DNA from: Nitrospirota bacterium
GTDB lineage: Bacteria > Nitrospirota > UBA9217
Direction of reading: 5' to 3'
Assembly: GCA_029858565.1 (NCBI GenBank)
Contig: JAOUEV010000008.1
Location: 2,003 to 66,002 of the forward strand
DNA length: 64,000 nt
Under the pieces are notes generated by a model. That model saw only the letters and a program-made list of their open reading frames with translations. It was not told the DNA's origin and did no database searches. The position numbers and the translations under genes were made by a program. Below, piece after piece: positions 25,832 to 36,839 of this stretch (the first letter of the stretch is position 1; every line of letters starts with the position of its first letter).

Positions 25832-26773
25832 GTGCCCATCTTCTCGAAAAAGAACTCCATCGACATCGCCTTCTCCACGATCACCGCGGTCGCGGCCCTG
25901 ACCGTCCTCGTCGTGATCTGCGGCATCGTCGCGGTTCTCTTCAAGGAGTCCTGGCCTGCTATCCAGAAGTTCGGGTTCTTCAGGTTCCTGTTCACGGTCG
26001 AGTGGAACCCCGTGACCTCGGTCTTCGGAGCTGCCAGCGCTGTCTACGGCACGATCGTGACGACCGGCATCGCCCTGCTCATAGCATTTCCGACGGCGGT
26101 AGGCATCGCCATCTTCGTGACCGAGATCGCGCCGAATGCGCTCAAGGGCCCCATCGGAGCGGCCATCGAGCTGCTCGCGGCCATACCGAGCATCATCTAC
26201 GGCATGTGGGGCCTTTTCACCCTCGCGCCGATCATGTCGCAGTACATTGAGCCTTTTCTCCAGAAGTATCTGGGCAACCTTCCGTTATTTAAAACGCTGC
26301 TCGCGGGAACGCCCATGGGCATCGACCTTTTGACAGCAAGCGTGATCCTGTCGATCATGATCATCCCCTTTACCGCCAGCATCGCCCGCGACGCGTTCAA
26401 CCTCACGCCGGGAGTGGTGAAGGAATCAGCCTATGCCATGGGCGCAACGCAGTGGGAAGTGGTAAAGGACGTGGTCATCCCCCATGCAAAGCTCGGGGTC
26501 TTCGGCGGTGCGGCGCTGTCCCTGGGCAGGGCGCTCGGCGAGACCATGGCCGTAGCTTTCGTGCTCGGGAACAACCACAAGATCGCAACCTCGCTCTTTG
26601 ACGCGGCCTCCACGATCACCGTGACCCTGGCGAACGAGTTCGCTGAAGCGGACAGCGATATGTATCTGTCGTCGCTTTATTATCTCGCGCTGGTGCTCTT
26701 CGGATTGAGTTTCATCACCCTGGCGGTGGCGAAGCTGTTCCTGCTCCGGGCCGAGGGAAAACATAGCCGTTGA
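25832..26773 (+). CDS. pstC: Phosphate ABC transporter permease
   Basis: ELLAAIPSIIYG, ESAYAMGAT.WE, GRALGETMAV; GTG start with GAGG RBS. Confidence 0.95.
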   Translation: MPIFSKKNSIDIAFSTITAVAALTVLVVICGIVAVLFKESWPAIQKFGFFRFLFTVEWNPVTSVFGAASAVYGTIVTTGIALLIAFPTAVGIAIFVTEIAPNALKGPIGAAIELLAAIPSIIYGMWGLFTLAPIMSQYIEPFLQKYLGNLPLFKTLLAGTPMGIDLLTASVILSIMIIPFTASIARDAFNLTPGVVKESAYAMGATQWEVVKDVVIPHAKLGVFGGAALSLGRALGETMAVAFVLGNNHKIATSLFDAASTITVTLANEFAEADSDMYLSSLYYLALVLFGLSFITLAVAKLFLLRAEGKHSR

Positions 26774-26784
26774 GGACCATTTTC

Positions 26785-26900
26785 ACCACGGAGTCACGGA
26801 GACACGGAGAACGGCAGCATCATCGACTGATATCCGGTCTTTATCTTTAAACACAAGTCCAAGGAAGTTGTTTCACTCCGTGTCGACCTGCCTCCGTGGT
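26785..26900. repeat. REP-like inverted doublet (CACCACGGAG...CTCCGTGG)
   Basis: CACGGAG triplet and inverted CTCCGTG copies between pstC and pstA. Confidence 0.55.
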
Positions 26901-26917
26901 TGATTAGTTTTGACGTT

Positions 26918-27760
26918 ATGAAAAGAGAACACTACAGAAAGATCATCAACTACTCCGCCCTCTCCCTGAGCGGCCTGGCGGCCCTGGCAGGGCTGTTCTG
27001 GCTCGTCTTCATCCTCGGGGACGTACTGGTCCACGGCATCGGCGCGCTCAGGTTCGAGCTGTTCCTGCAGGACCCGGTGCCCGCGGGCATGACCGGCGGT
27101 GGATTGCGGAACGCCTTTATCGGCCAGCTCATGATCACCTTCTTCGCAACGCTCATCGGCGTGCCGGTCGGCGTTCTCGGGGGGACTTTCCTTGCCGAGT
27201 ACGCCCGGGGAACCACGTTCGCCCGGGTGATCAGCGTGCTTTCGGACATCATGGTGAGCGTGCCATCCATCGTGATCGGCGCGTTCGTGTACGCGGTCCT
27301 GGTCAAGCCGCTGCACCACTTCAGCGGATGGGCCGGCGCGGTCGCACTGGCGGTCATCATGATACCGGTGGTGCTCAGGACGACCGAGGACATGCTGACC
27401 CTCGTGCCCTGGACCGTCCGCGAAGCTGCCTTCGCCCTCGGCGCTCCCTATTACAAAGTGATACTGCAGGTCGTGTACCGGGGCGCCGCGACCGGGATCC
27501 TGACCGGCGTGCTTCTCTCCATGGCCCGCGTGGCAGGCGAGACAGCACCGCTCCTGTTCACGTCCTTTAACAACACCTTTTACTCGACCGATATGAACGG
27601 CCCCGTGGCATCGCTCACGGTCACGATCTTTCAGTACGCCATGGGTCCTTATGATGACTGGCACCAGCAGGCCTGGGCAGCGTCCTTTGTCATCACGCTC
27701 TTCATCCTGATGCTCACGGTCTCGGGCAGGATGCTGCTTAAATGGAGGTACAAGAAGTGA
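26918..27760 (+). CDS. pstA: Phosphate ABC transporter permease
   Basis: [27 protein letters not shown] motifs. Confidence 0.95.
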   Translation: MKREHYRKIINYSALSLSGLAALAGLFWLVFILGDVLVHGIGALRFELFLQDPVPAGMTGGGLRNAFIGQLMITFFATLIGVPVGVLGGTFLAEYARGTTFARVISVLSDIMVSVPSIVIGAFVYAVLVKPLHHFSGWAGAVALAVIMIPVVLRTTEDMLTLVPWTVREAAFALGAPYYKVILQVVYRGAATGILTGVLLSMARVAGETAPLLFTSFNNTFYSTDMNGPVASLTVTIFQYAMGPYDDWHQQAWAASFVITLFILMLTVSGRMLLKWRYKK

Positions 27761-28521
27761 CGCTACCTGTTGATCTTGAGGTAAAAAACCTCAACTTCTA
27801 CTACAACGGAAATGCCCATGCCTTGCGGGATATTTCCCTGCCCGTTTACAAGAACCGGGTGACAGCGTTGATCGGGCCGTCAGGCTGCGGGAAGACCACT
27901 CTGCTCCGCTGCTTTAACCGCATGCACGACCTCTACCCGCGCCACCGGTACGAGGGGGAGATCCTGTTCGAGGGGCGCAACATCCTCTCGGACAAGGAGG
28001 ACCTGATCAACCTGCGCGGCCGGATCGGCATGGTCTTCCAAAAGCCCACGCCCTTTCCCATGTCCATTGCCGAGAACATCGCCTACGGCCTCCGGCTCAA
28101 GGGCATCAAGAGCAGGACCGAGCTGTCCGGCAGGATCGAACAGGCCCTGAAGCACGCGGCGCTCTGGAACGAGGTGCGGGACAAATTGAACAACAGCGCC
28201 TACGACCTCTCGGGCGGCCAGCAGCAGCGGCTCGTGATCGCCCGCGCACTTGCCGTGGAGCCTGAAGTCTTGCTGTTCGACGAGCCGACATCGGCGCTGG
28301 ACCCGATCTCTACCGGCAAGATCGAGGAGCTGGTGGCGGAGCTCAAGCAGGATGTGACCATCATCATTGTGACCCATAACATGCAGCAGGCCGCGCGGGT
28401 TTCCGACATGACCGGGTTCATGTACCTTGGCGATCTTGTCGAGTTCGACACAACGGAAAAGATCTTCACCGCTCCGGAAAAGAAACAGACCGACGATTAT
28501 ATTACGGGAAGATTTGGGTAA
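27757..28521 (+). CDS. pstB: Phosphate ABC transporter ATP-binding protein
   Basis: [35 protein letters not shown]. Confidence 0.96.
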   Translation: MTLPVDLEVKNLNFYYNGNAHALRDISLPVYKNRVTALIGPSGCGKTTLLRCFNRMHDLYPRHRYEGEILFEGRNILSDKEDLINLRGRIGMVFQKPTPFPMSIAENIAYGLRLKGIKSRTELSGRIEQALKHAALWNEVRDKLNNSAYDLSGGQQQRLVIARALAVEPEVLLFDEPTSALDPISTGKIEELVAELKQDVTIIIVTHNMQQAARVSDMTGFMYLGDLVEFDTTEKIFTAPEKKQTDDYITGRFG

Positions 28522-28609
28522 ATCCAGTGCGGAATGCGGAGTGCGAAGTGCGGAGCTGACCCCTTACCCCTAACGACTTACGCCTTACAGGTTTACGAAG
28601 GAGAGAACA

Positions 28610-29290
28610 ATGGCTCATCAGAAAGAACAGGACATCGAAGCGCTCAAGGAACGGATCCTCAAGATGGGAAGCCTCGTGGAAGATGCTATCCGCAAGGCGG
28701 TCAAGGCGCTCGTTGAGCGCGACCGGGACCTTGCCCTGGGGGTGATCGACGGCGACGCCATTGTGAACACGCTGGACGTGGAGATCGAGGAGGAGTGCAT
28801 CAGGTTTCTCGCCATCTGGCAGCCCTCGGGCAGCAACCTCCGTTTCGTGACCACGGCGATCAAGATCATCACGGACCTGGAGCGTATGGGAGACCTGGCC
28901 GTGGACATCTGCGAGCGCTCCGTGGAGCTCTTGGACGAACCGCAGCTGAAGCCCTACATCGACATCCCGCGCATGGCAGAGGCCAGCCAGAAAATGTTGA
29001 AGGACAGTCTCGATGCCTTCGTGGCCCGGGACGCGGACAAGGCCCTCGCGGTCTGCGCTGCCGATGATTTTGTGGACAACCTGAACAGCCAGATCTTCAA
29101 CGAGCTCCTGATCTACATGCTCCAGGACCCCAAGAACATCTCCCGCGCGGTCCGGCTCTCCTATATCACCAAATATCTCGAGCGGGTGGCCGACCATGCC
29201 ACGAACATCGCCGAGATGGTGGTCTACATGGTCAGGGGCAAGGTGATCAGGCACATGGCCTGCGAGATCCGGAACTCCGACAAGACCTGA
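28610..29290 (+). CDS. phoU: Phosphate signalling complex protein
   Basis: DLERMGDLAVDI and LERVADHATNIAE repeats. Confidence 0.95.
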   Translation: MAHQKEQDIEALKERILKMGSLVEDAIRKAVKALVERDRDLALGVIDGDAIVNTLDVEIEEECIRFLAIWQPSGSNLRFVTTAIKIITDLERMGDLAVDICERSVELLDEPQLKPYIDIPRMAEASQKMLKDSLDAFVARDADKALAVCAADDFVDNLNSQIFNELLIYMLQDPKNISRAVRLSYITKYLERVADHATNIAEMVVYMVRGKVIRHMACEIRNSDKT

Positions 29291-29365
29291 TCAACCGGGC
29301 ACTTTTCCCAAGAGCCCAAATTGTTTGACAAAACATGCGCCAGGGGCTAATATTGTGCTTCCACA

Positions 29366-31012
29366 ATGCGCCTGCGCGACCTCCTCATTCTGACACTTTT
29401 CCTCGCACTGTTCTTCGGGATCCTCCTCGGCAGCCGCCCCCTTTCTGTGCCCGACGAAGGACGGTATGTCGAGATCCCCCGCGAAATGGTCGTGAGCCAC
29501 GACTGGCTCACCCCGCGCCTGAACAGCGTAAAGTATTTTGAGAAGCCCCCGCTCTTCTACTGGATCGAGGCAATGCTGATCAGGCTGTTCGGCCTTTCCG
29601 AATGGTCGGTCCGCCTGGGGCCCGCGCTGCTCGCGCTCTTCGGATGTCTGGCGGTCTTCTTCGCCGGGAGCCGCATGTTCGGCCGGCTGACAGGCATATT
29701 TTCCGCGATCATTCTCGCCACAAGCATGCTCTATTTCGCCTTGAGCAGGCTCATCACCCTGGACATGCCGGTCTCGGTGCTCCTGACCGCTGCATTGCTG
29801 TCCTTCCTGGCCGCCACCCGCGAACCGGCCGGCAGGACAAGGGTGCTTTTCTTCCGGGGCTTCTACGCTTTTGCGGGACTGGCGGTCCTTACCAAGGGGC
29901 TTATCGGCATCGTATTCCCGGGCATGATCATCTTCTCCTGGATGCTCGTCACGGGAGAATGGCGCTTGCTCAGGTCAATGCATCTCTTGTCGGGATCGGT
30001 CATATTTTTCGCCATCGCCGCCCCCTGGCATATCCTCGTGGGCCGTGCCAATCCGGAGTTCTTCGATTTCTACTTCGTTCGCGAGCATTTCCAGCGCTAT
30101 CTCACCAAGGTCCATCACCACTACAAACCCTTCTGGTTCTTCATCCCCGTGGTCCTGGGAGGCCTTTTTCCCTGGTCGGCCTTCCTGGTCCAGGCTGTCC
30201 GCGACGCACTCCCGGCGACATGGAAGGACCGCCGTCAGCACAAGGAAACGCTCTTCCTTCTGCTCTGGGCAGCGCTGATCTTCCTGTTCTTCTCCGCGTC
30301 AAGTTCCAAGCTCATCCCCTATATCCTGCCCGTGCTGCCGCCCCTGGCGCTGCTTATCGGGAAATACCTGGCAGATGCTGTCGAGCGCGGTCGCACGGGA
30401 CTTCGTGCGGGCTTCAATGCATTCCTGGTCATGAGCGCCCTGATCGCGGTCGTGCTCGGAGCGCTTCCGTTCCGGCGGCCCGATGTGGCGCCGTCGGAGA
30501 TCGCGCCCTATCTCATGATAATGATCGCCGTACTTGCGTCCGGCGCCTTCGGCGCGTGGTATCTTTGGAAAAACCGCCGTCTGCTCCCTGCTTTGGCGGC
30601 AACAGCGGCAACAGCTGTTCTCTTCATGACAACTGTTTCCGCGGCCGTGCCCCAGGTGAACGCCAAGAGCAACAAGTCCCTGGCACTGGAGATCAGAAAG
30701 CGGCTCGGCCCGGACGACGAGATCGTCCACTACCGCAACTACTACCAGGACCTTCCGGTCTATCTGGAGCGGCGCATGACCATTGTGGACTGGCGCGGAG
30801 AGCTGGACTTCGGCATGGCCATCGAGAACACAAGCGGCTGGATGATAGACGAGGCAGAGCTCTGGAAGCGGTGGCAGGGCCCGCGCAGGATATTCCTTGC
30901 TGCCGGGACCAGGGATGCCGATGCGATCAGGCAGATACCGGGAAAACTTTTTTTTCTGATTGCGCAGAACAAAAATACCGTTATACTATCCAATAAAGAG
31001 GACCAGCAATGA
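29366..31012 (+). CDS. arnT: 4-amino-4-deoxy-L-arabinose transferase (GT39/ArnT-like)
   Basis: DEGRY..REM, YFEKPPLFYW, LTKG..GIV, SKLIPYILP; head of the arn cluster. Confidence 0.85.
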   Translation: MRLRDLLILTLFLALFFGILLGSRPLSVPDEGRYVEIPREMVVSHDWLTPRLNSVKYFEKPPLFYWIEAMLIRLFGLSEWSVRLGPALLALFGCLAVFFAGSRMFGRLTGIFSAIILATSMLYFALSRLITLDMPVSVLLTAALLSFLAATREPAGRTRVLFFRGFYAFAGLAVLTKGLIGIVFPGMIIFSWMLVTGEWRLLRSMHLLSGSVIFFAIAAPWHILVGRANPEFFDFYFVREHFQRYLTKVHHHYKPFWFFIPVVLGGLFPWSAFLVQAVRDALPATWKDRRQHKETLFLLLWAALIFLFFSASSSKLIPYILPVLPPLALLIGKYLADAVERGRTGLRAGFNAFLVMSALIAVVLGALPFRRPDVAPSEIAPYLMIMIAVLASGAFGAWYLWKNRRLLPALAATAATAVLFMTTVSAAVPQVNAKSNKSLALEIRKRLGPDDEIVHYRNYYQDLPVYLERRMTIVDWRGELDFGMAIENTSGWMIDEAELWKRWQGPRRIFLAAGTRDADAIRQIPGKLFFLIAQNKNTVILSNKEDQQ

Positions 31013-31244
31013 ACTATTTACCGCTCATCCTGCTCGGCGGGCTCACGTGCTATGTGATCAGCGTCGCGGTCTGGCTCCCGGTGCTTTCCCGCGTGGAAGT
31101 GAGCTTGCCTATCCGCTCCTGTCAGCGGGCTACATCGTGAACGCCGTGGCGGGCTACTTTTTGTTCCAGGAGAACCTTTCGGTCACGCGGATAACGGGCA
31201 TCGTGATCATCTGCGTGGGCGTGTATTTTGTGACAAGAAGGTGA
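31009..31244 (+). pseudogene. Undecaprenyl-Ara4N flippase (ArnE/F, SMR/EamA-like) with internal deletion and frameshift
   Basis: MNYLPLILLG joins directly to GLTCYVISVAVWL..SRVEVS, then shifts frame into AYPLLSAGYIV..QENLS..RITGIVIICVGV. Confidence 0.75.
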
Positions 31245-31264
31245 GATTCATGAACCGTTTATCG

Positions 31265-31340
31265 CACGAAGCCACAAAGGCGCGAAGTGACTTCAGAATC
31301 ACGTCATTCTTTTCTTCGTGTCTCCGTGGCTTCGTGCGAG
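31265..31340. repeat. REP-like inverted doublet (CACGAAGCCAC...GTGGCTTCGTG)
   Basis: Inverted repeat in the flippase-arnB intergenic region. Confidence 0.55.
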
Positions 31341-31398
31341 ATAGTCGTTGATGTTGTATTGGTTTCGGGTCTGATGCGGTAACCTATAAGAAAATCCG

Positions 31399-32562
31399 AT
31401 GACTAACGATTCAAAAGAACAGTTTCTTCCCTTTTCCCGGCCCACGATCAGCCAGGAGGCGATCGACGAGGTGGTGACCTGCCTGAAGTCCGGCTGGATC
31501 ACCACGGGACCAAGGGTGAAGCAGTTCGAGGAAGATCTTAAGAACTACCTCAATGCGCCCTACGCGCTCTGCCTTACCTCGGCGACAGCTGGCCTCCATC
31601 TGGCGCTGACTGCGCTCAAGCTCAAACCGGACGACGAGGTTATCACCACGCCCATGACCTTCGCGGCCACGCTGAACACCATCGTCCTCGCGGGCGGCAC
31701 GCCGGTGCTCGTGGATGTGGAGCCGGGCACCTATAATATGGATGTGACGAAGATCGCAAAGGCGGTCACAAAACGCACCCGGGCGATCATGCCGGTCCAT
31801 TTCGCCGGACTTCCGGTGGACCTGGACCCGCTCTACGACATCGCGAAGAAGCATAACCTCCGGGTGATCGAGGACGCGGCCCATGCCATCGGCGCGGAAT
31901 ATAAAGGCAAGCGCATCGGCAGTTTCGGCGACATCCAGGTCTTCAGCTTCCATCCCAACAAGAACATGACCACCGGCGAAGGCGGCTGCGTGGTGACCCG
32001 CGACGAGCAGCTGGCGTCGGAGGTGGCGCTCCTCCGGTTCCACGGTATGGACCGCGAGGCCTGGAACCGCTTCGGCAAGACCGGAAGCCAGCATTACGAG
32101 ATCATCGCCCCGGGATACAAGTACAACATGATGGACATCCAGGCCGCGCTGGGACTGCACCAGCTGAAAGCGCTCGACGGCTTCATCAAACGCAGAACAG
32201 ACCTGGCCCTGCGCTATCACGCCATTCTGAAAGACTGGCCGCAGCTTACGCTGACGACATCGCCGTCCTACGACCGTCTGCACGCATGGCATTTGTACAC
32301 ACCGCTCGTCAACCCCGAAAAAGCGGGAATGGACCGCAACGGGTTCATGGCCGCGCTCAAGGAGCGGAACATCGGCACAGGCCTCCACTACCGGGCCGCG
32401 CACCTGTACCCCTACTACCGCGAGAACTACGGGTTCAAGCCCGGAGATTTCCCGAATGCCGAGAAGATATCGGACCGCATCGTGAGTCTTCCGCTCTTCC
32501 CGTTGATGTCCAACTCGGACCAGGACCGGGTGATCTCGGCGATGAAGGATGTGTTTAAATGA
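31399..32562 (+). CDS. arnB: UDP-4-amino-4-deoxy-L-arabinose aminotransferase (DegT/DnrJ)
   Basis: SGWITTGP, EDAAHA, FSFHPNKNMTTGEGG, GYKYNM. Confidence 0.9.
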   Translation: MTNDSKEQFLPFSRPTISQEAIDEVVTCLKSGWITTGPRVKQFEEDLKNYLNAPYALCLTSATAGLHLALTALKLKPDDEVITTPMTFAATLNTIVLAGGTPVLVDVEPGTYNMDVTKIAKAVTKRTRAIMPVHFAGLPVDLDPLYDIAKKHNLRVIEDAAHAIGAEYKGKRIGSFGDIQVFSFHPNKNMTTGEGGCVVTRDEQLASEVALLRFHGMDREAWNRFGKTGSQHYEIIAPGYKYNMMDIQAALGLHQLKALDGFIKRRTDLALRYHAILKDWPQLTLTTSPSYDRLHAWHLYTPLVNPEKAGMDRNGFMAALKERNIGTGLHYRAAHLYPYYRENYGFKPGDFPNAEKISDRIVSLPLFPLMSNSDQDRVISAMKDVFK

Positions 32563-33503
32563 TGACAAAACCCTACATCAGCGTCGTCATCCCGGTCTAT
32601 AATGAGCAGGAGAACCTGCGGCAGCTCTTTGAGCGGCTGACCTCGACCATGGACGCTTTCGGCAGGCCCTGGGAGGTCCTGTTCACGAATGACGGCAGCC
32701 GGGACAACTCCATGGAGCTCCTGAAGAGCTTCCACAAACAGCGGCCGAAGCAGGTGCGCGTGATCGACTTTAGCGGCAACTTCGGCCAGCACATGGCCAT
32801 CATCGCGGCCTTCGAACACGTGCGGGGCGAGGTGATCGTGACTCTGGACGCGGACCTGCAGAACCCGCCCGAGGAGATCCCCAAGCTGCTTGCCGCGATC
32901 GAAGCGGGACACGACTCCGTGGGAGGATATCGCAGGAACCGGCAGGACACCTTCTTCCGCAAGTACGCTTCGAAGATCATCAACGGGATCCGGGCGAAGG
33001 TCACCAGGATCCGCATGAAGGACCAGGGCTGCATGCTCCGGGCGTACCGGAAGCACATCGTGGACAACATCGTAGCCAGCGGCGAAACCTCCACGTTTAT
33101 TCCCGCGCTGGCCTACAGCTATTCCGCGAACCCGGGAGACGTGGAAGTGGAGCATGCGGCGCGCGCGGCAGGGGAGTCCAAGTACCGGCTCTACGATCTC
33201 ATCCGGCTCAACTTCGACCTGATGACCGGATTTTCCATGGTGCCGCTCCAGGCCTTCACGCTATTCGGCATGATCGTGTCGGTATTCAGCTTCCTGTTCG
33301 TGGTGTTCCTGTTCATCCGCCGCATCGTGGTCGGCCCCGAGGCCGAGGGTTTGTTCACCCTCTTCGCCATCCTCTACTTCTTCGTCGGCATCGGCATCAT
33401 GGGCCTGGGCATCATCGGCGAGTACGTCGGACGCATCTACAAGGAAGTGCGGCGCAGGCCGCGCTTTATCATTCGAAATATCTACGAGGAGACCAATGAC
33501 TAA
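32559..33503 (+). CDS. arnC: Undecaprenyl-phosphate Ara4FN transferase (GT2)
   Basis: VVIPVYNE, NFGQH.A, TLDADLQNPPEEI, two C-terminal TM helices. Confidence 0.88.
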   Translation: MMTKPYISVVIPVYNEQENLRQLFERLTSTMDAFGRPWEVLFTNDGSRDNSMELLKSFHKQRPKQVRVIDFSGNFGQHMAIIAAFEHVRGEVIVTLDADLQNPPEEIPKLLAAIEAGHDSVGGYRRNRQDTFFRKYASKIINGIRAKVTRIRMKDQGCMLRAYRKHIVDNIVASGETSTFIPALAYSYSANPGDVEVEHAARAAGESKYRLYDLIRLNFDLMTGFSMVPLQAFTLFGMIVSVFSFLFVVFLFIRRIVVGPEAEGLFTLFAILYFFVGIGIMGLGIIGEYVGRIYKEVRRRPRFIIRNIYEETND

Positions 33504-34404
33504 ACCCGCAATTGTTGTCTTTGCCTACCACGAGGTAGGCTACGAGTGCCTCGACGCGCTCATTGAGAATGACGAGTACATCCTTGCCGTGGTCACCCAC
33601 CGTGACGACCGGGACGAGGAGATCTGGTTCCGGTCCGTGGCGCAGCTGGCACGGAAGTACGATATCCCCGTGTACACGCCCGAGACCGTCAACACCCCGG
33701 AATGGGCGGACCGCATCCGGGGATGGAATCCCGAGATCATCTTCTCCTTCTACTACCGGAACATGATCTCCGAGGACATCCTGAACATCCCCCGGCTCGG
33801 GGCGTACAACATGCACGGATCGCTCCTGCCGAAGTACCGCGGCCGGTCGCCGATCAACTGGGCCATCGTGAACGGGGAAAAAGAGACCGGCGTGACGCTC
33901 CACCACATGGTGAAAAAGGCCGATGCCGGCGATATCGTTGACCAGGAAAAGGTCGCGATCGGACCGGACGATACGGCCGTCGACGTGTTCAAGAAGTGCA
34001 CGGCAGCGGCGCGCGCGGTGCTCGAGCGCCAGATCGAGGCGATCACGTCCGGGACAGCGGCGCGCACGCCCCAGGACGAGTCGCAGGCGACCACCTTCGG
34101 AGGCAGAAAACCCGAGGACGGCAAGATCGACTGGACCCAAAGCGCGGGATCGATCTACAACCTCATCCGCGCAGTGACATTTCCCTATCCCGGCGCGTTT
34201 ACCACCGTGGATGACAAGAAGCTGTTCATCCTGTGGGCGAAGCCGGTCACCGGAAAGAGCGGCCCTGCAGCGGGCCAGGTCCTGTCGTCGGACCCGCTCA
34301 TTATCGCGGCCGGCACAGGCAGCCTCGAAATCCTGAACGCGGAATGGGATGGCGATGAGGACGAGGATGTACAGCTGAAGACAGGACAGATAGCAGGAAC
34401 GTAA
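33496..34404 (+). CDS. arnA: UDP-Ara4N formyltransferase (stand-alone ArnA N-terminal half)
   Basis: [31 protein letters not shown]. Confidence 0.85.
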   Translation: MTKPAIVVFAYHEVGYECLDALIENDEYILAVVTHRDDRDEEIWFRSVAQLARKYDIPVYTPETVNTPEWADRIRGWNPEIIFSFYYRNMISEDILNIPRLGAYNMHGSLLPKYRGRSPINWAIVNGEKETGVTLHHMVKKADAGDIVDQEKVAIGPDDTAVDVFKKCTAAARAVLERQIEAITSGTAARTPQDESQATTFGGRKPEDGKIDWTQSAGSIYNLIRAVTFPYPGAFTTVDDKKLFILWAKPVTGKSGPAAGQVLSSDPLIIAAGTGSLEILNAEWDGDEDEDVQLKTGQIAGT

Positions 34405-34427
34405 TACATCAAAGAACGGGGCATCAC

Positions 34428-35465
34428 ATGAGCCTCAAGGTACTTATCCTCGGCGTCAACGGCTTTATCGGCAATAGCCTCACCGAGCAGATTCTCCGAC
34501 AGAAGGACTGGGAGGTCTACGGCATGGACGTGGCCTCGGACAAACTCGACCAGTGCCTGGACCATGAACGCTTCGGGTTCTTCGAAGGCGACATCACTAT
34601 CAACAAGGAGTGGATCGAGTACCACGTTGCGAAATGCGATGTCGTGATCCCGCTCGTTGCCATTGCCACACCGGCAAGCTATGTTCGGGACCCGCTCCGG
34701 GTCTTCGAGCTGGACTTCGAGGCGAACCTTGCCATCGTGAGAATGTGCGTAGCCTACGGCAAACGGGTCCTGTTCCCGTCCACTTCCGAGGTCTACGGCA
34801 TGTGCGGCGACCGGGAGTTCGACGAGGAAACATCGAGCATGATCTACGGCCCCATCGACAAGTCCCGCTGGATCTACGCCTGCTCCAAGCAGCTTCTGGA
34901 CCGGGTCATCCATGCCTATGGTCTTCAGCACGGGCTCAAGTACACGCTCTTCCGCCCCTTCAACTGGATCGGCCCGAAGCTCGACAACATCCTGGAGCCC
35001 AAGGAAGGCAGCTCCCGCGTGCTGACCCAGTTCATCGGCAACATCCTGCGGGGCAAGGACATCCAGCTCGTGGACGGCGGCGGCCAGCGCCGCAGCTTCA
35101 CCTACATCGACGACGGCATCGATGCGCTCATCCGGATCATCGAGAACAAGAACAACGCGGCTGACAGCCGGATCTTCAACATCGGGAACCCGAAGAACGA
35201 CGTGTCCATCAAGGAACTTGCCGAGACGCTCATCAAGCTCATCCGGACCTATCCGGCCTACGCCAAGATGGCCGATAGCGTTCAGATCGTGACCGTCAGC
35301 TCCGGCGACTATTACGGCAAGGGCTACCAGGACATCCAGACCCGCGTCCCCTCCATCAGGAACATGGAACAGTATCTCGGGTGGAAGCCGACCACGGACC
35401 TGACCACGGCGCTTAAGAAGACCCTGGACTATCACCTCGCGCGGCCGAACCAGCAGCTCGACTAG
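34428..35465 (+). CDS. arnA: UDP-glucuronic acid oxidase/decarboxylase (stand-alone ArnA C-terminal half)
   Basis: [36 protein letters not shown]. Confidence 0.88.
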   Translation: MSLKVLILGVNGFIGNSLTEQILRQKDWEVYGMDVASDKLDQCLDHERFGFFEGDITINKEWIEYHVAKCDVVIPLVAIATPASYVRDPLRVFELDFEANLAIVRMCVAYGKRVLFPSTSEVYGMCGDREFDEETSSMIYGPIDKSRWIYACSKQLLDRVIHAYGLQHGLKYTLFRPFNWIGPKLDNILEPKEGSSRVLTQFIGNILRGKDIQLVDGGGQRRSFTYIDDGIDALIRIIENKNNAADSRIFNIGNPKNDVSIKELAETLIKLIRTYPAYAKMADSVQIVTVSSGDYYGKGYQDIQTRVPSIRNMEQYLGWKPTTDLTTALKKTLDYHLARPNQQLD

Positions 35466-35495
35466 CGCAAGCAACCGGATCAGCACAAACAGAAC

Positions 35496-35521
35496 GGGCG
35501 TGGTGGATATCCACCACGCCC
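35496..35521. terminator. Perfect 26-bp palindrome after the decarboxylase gene
   Basis: GGGCGTGGTGGAT-ATCCACCACGCCC followed by TGTTT. Confidence 0.6.
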
Positions 35522-35545
35522 TGTTTATTCCTCCTCCAGCAACTC

Positions 35546-35621
35546 GTAGATCGGGTAGAGTGCAGCGAAACCCGACGTAACTTGCAGCATGTCGGATTTC
35601 ACTTCGTCCTGGTCGACGTAC
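35546..35621. repeat. Degenerate REP doublet (GTAG..GGGTAGAGTGCAGCGAAACCC type)
   Basis: Inverted pair resembling RAYT-associated REPINs. Confidence 0.55.
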
Positions 35622-35687
35622 CAACTGCTCAGAACATAGCCAACGATATATGTCCATCAAATGATAGTCCAAATCTCTAGCGAAGAG

Positions 35688-36646
35688 CTATCGTTCCCGA
35701 CCAGCGCTATCAACGTTTGTGAACAGATTTTCCTTGAATTCCATGTTTCTTGTATAATCAGGATTCAGATAGTAAGTCATAAAAATCGCAGCAGTATGCT
35801 CGTAGCCTGGCTGGACTTTCATCTCACCCTGTATTTTTCCATACATTGCTCGAATCAATTTTCCATTGCGCTCTTCCGAACGCACACGAAAGAAATAGTT
35901 GTTATCTGCAGTTGTGTTCTTTGTATAAATGCTCGGGGATTCTTTCAATGTGCTAATTAACAATTTTGATAACCGTCTCCCGGAGCAAAGCGCGGCAATT
36001 TGAACGAACTCCCTGACCTGATGTCTTCCTTATAAAGTTGAATGCCATCAAACTTACCGGGAAAAGTTACCTTGAAAATATACTCACCCTCATCGTTCTT
36101 TACTGATTTCTTATCAATTTGAAATATAATATCAGCCCGTTTGCCGCTGCCATATGGCGAAACCCAATCATATTCGATTAAGTCAAAACCTACAGCTTTG
36201 CCCAAAATAGGGATTATGACCTCTTTCCCCAACACTGTATTCCTAACGTACATAGGAACAGGATGTTCAATTTTCCTCATGACGACCACAACCTCAGGGT
36301 TCCATGGCTCCCAACGACCATTTGATATTTCTTTAAAAGAATAACTTCCGCCCGACTTGTAGTAACCTTCTTTTGTGACATCAAAATTAACCTCGTCACC
36401 TGCAGTTGCGGATGCGGTGAAATGGCCATCTGAATCAGAATAGCCGTTTTCTTCGACCTCTTTAGTAGTTGAATAGATACGAATCATGAAACCAGCTCCG
36501 ATTTTTGCTCTTTCGACGGGCTTGCCTTCTTCATCGACGATCTTTAATGTTACTTTTGCGCTTGCTGTATCCATATATGATTTCGCATGTAACATGCTTG
36601 ACGAAGAGATTAACACAAAAACCGCAATCAGTATTCTATTCAGCAT
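35688..36646 (-). pseudogene. Low-GC secreted protein (carboxypeptidase-regulatory-like domain) split by a 1-bp frameshift near 35960
   Basis: ORFs 35957-36646 and 35688-35963 overlap and read as one protein (signal peptide, IVDEEGKPVE..A, PVPMY, GFDL..DWVSPYG, YYLNPD..RNMEF). Confidence 0.65.
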
Positions 36647-36839
36647 TATTTTGACTCTCCATTCCTATCATGAGGATCGTAGCAGGGACATTCGTGTATT
36701 TATTTGAATTGTGTTATATCGCGACAAACCCGAGTCTATCAGAAATAGATCGTCCTGTAAATTGAAATTGACTCGATCCGCTGATATCCTTATAGTAATT
36801 CATCATTCATATCACGAAAGGTCAAAATCTTAATAACTC

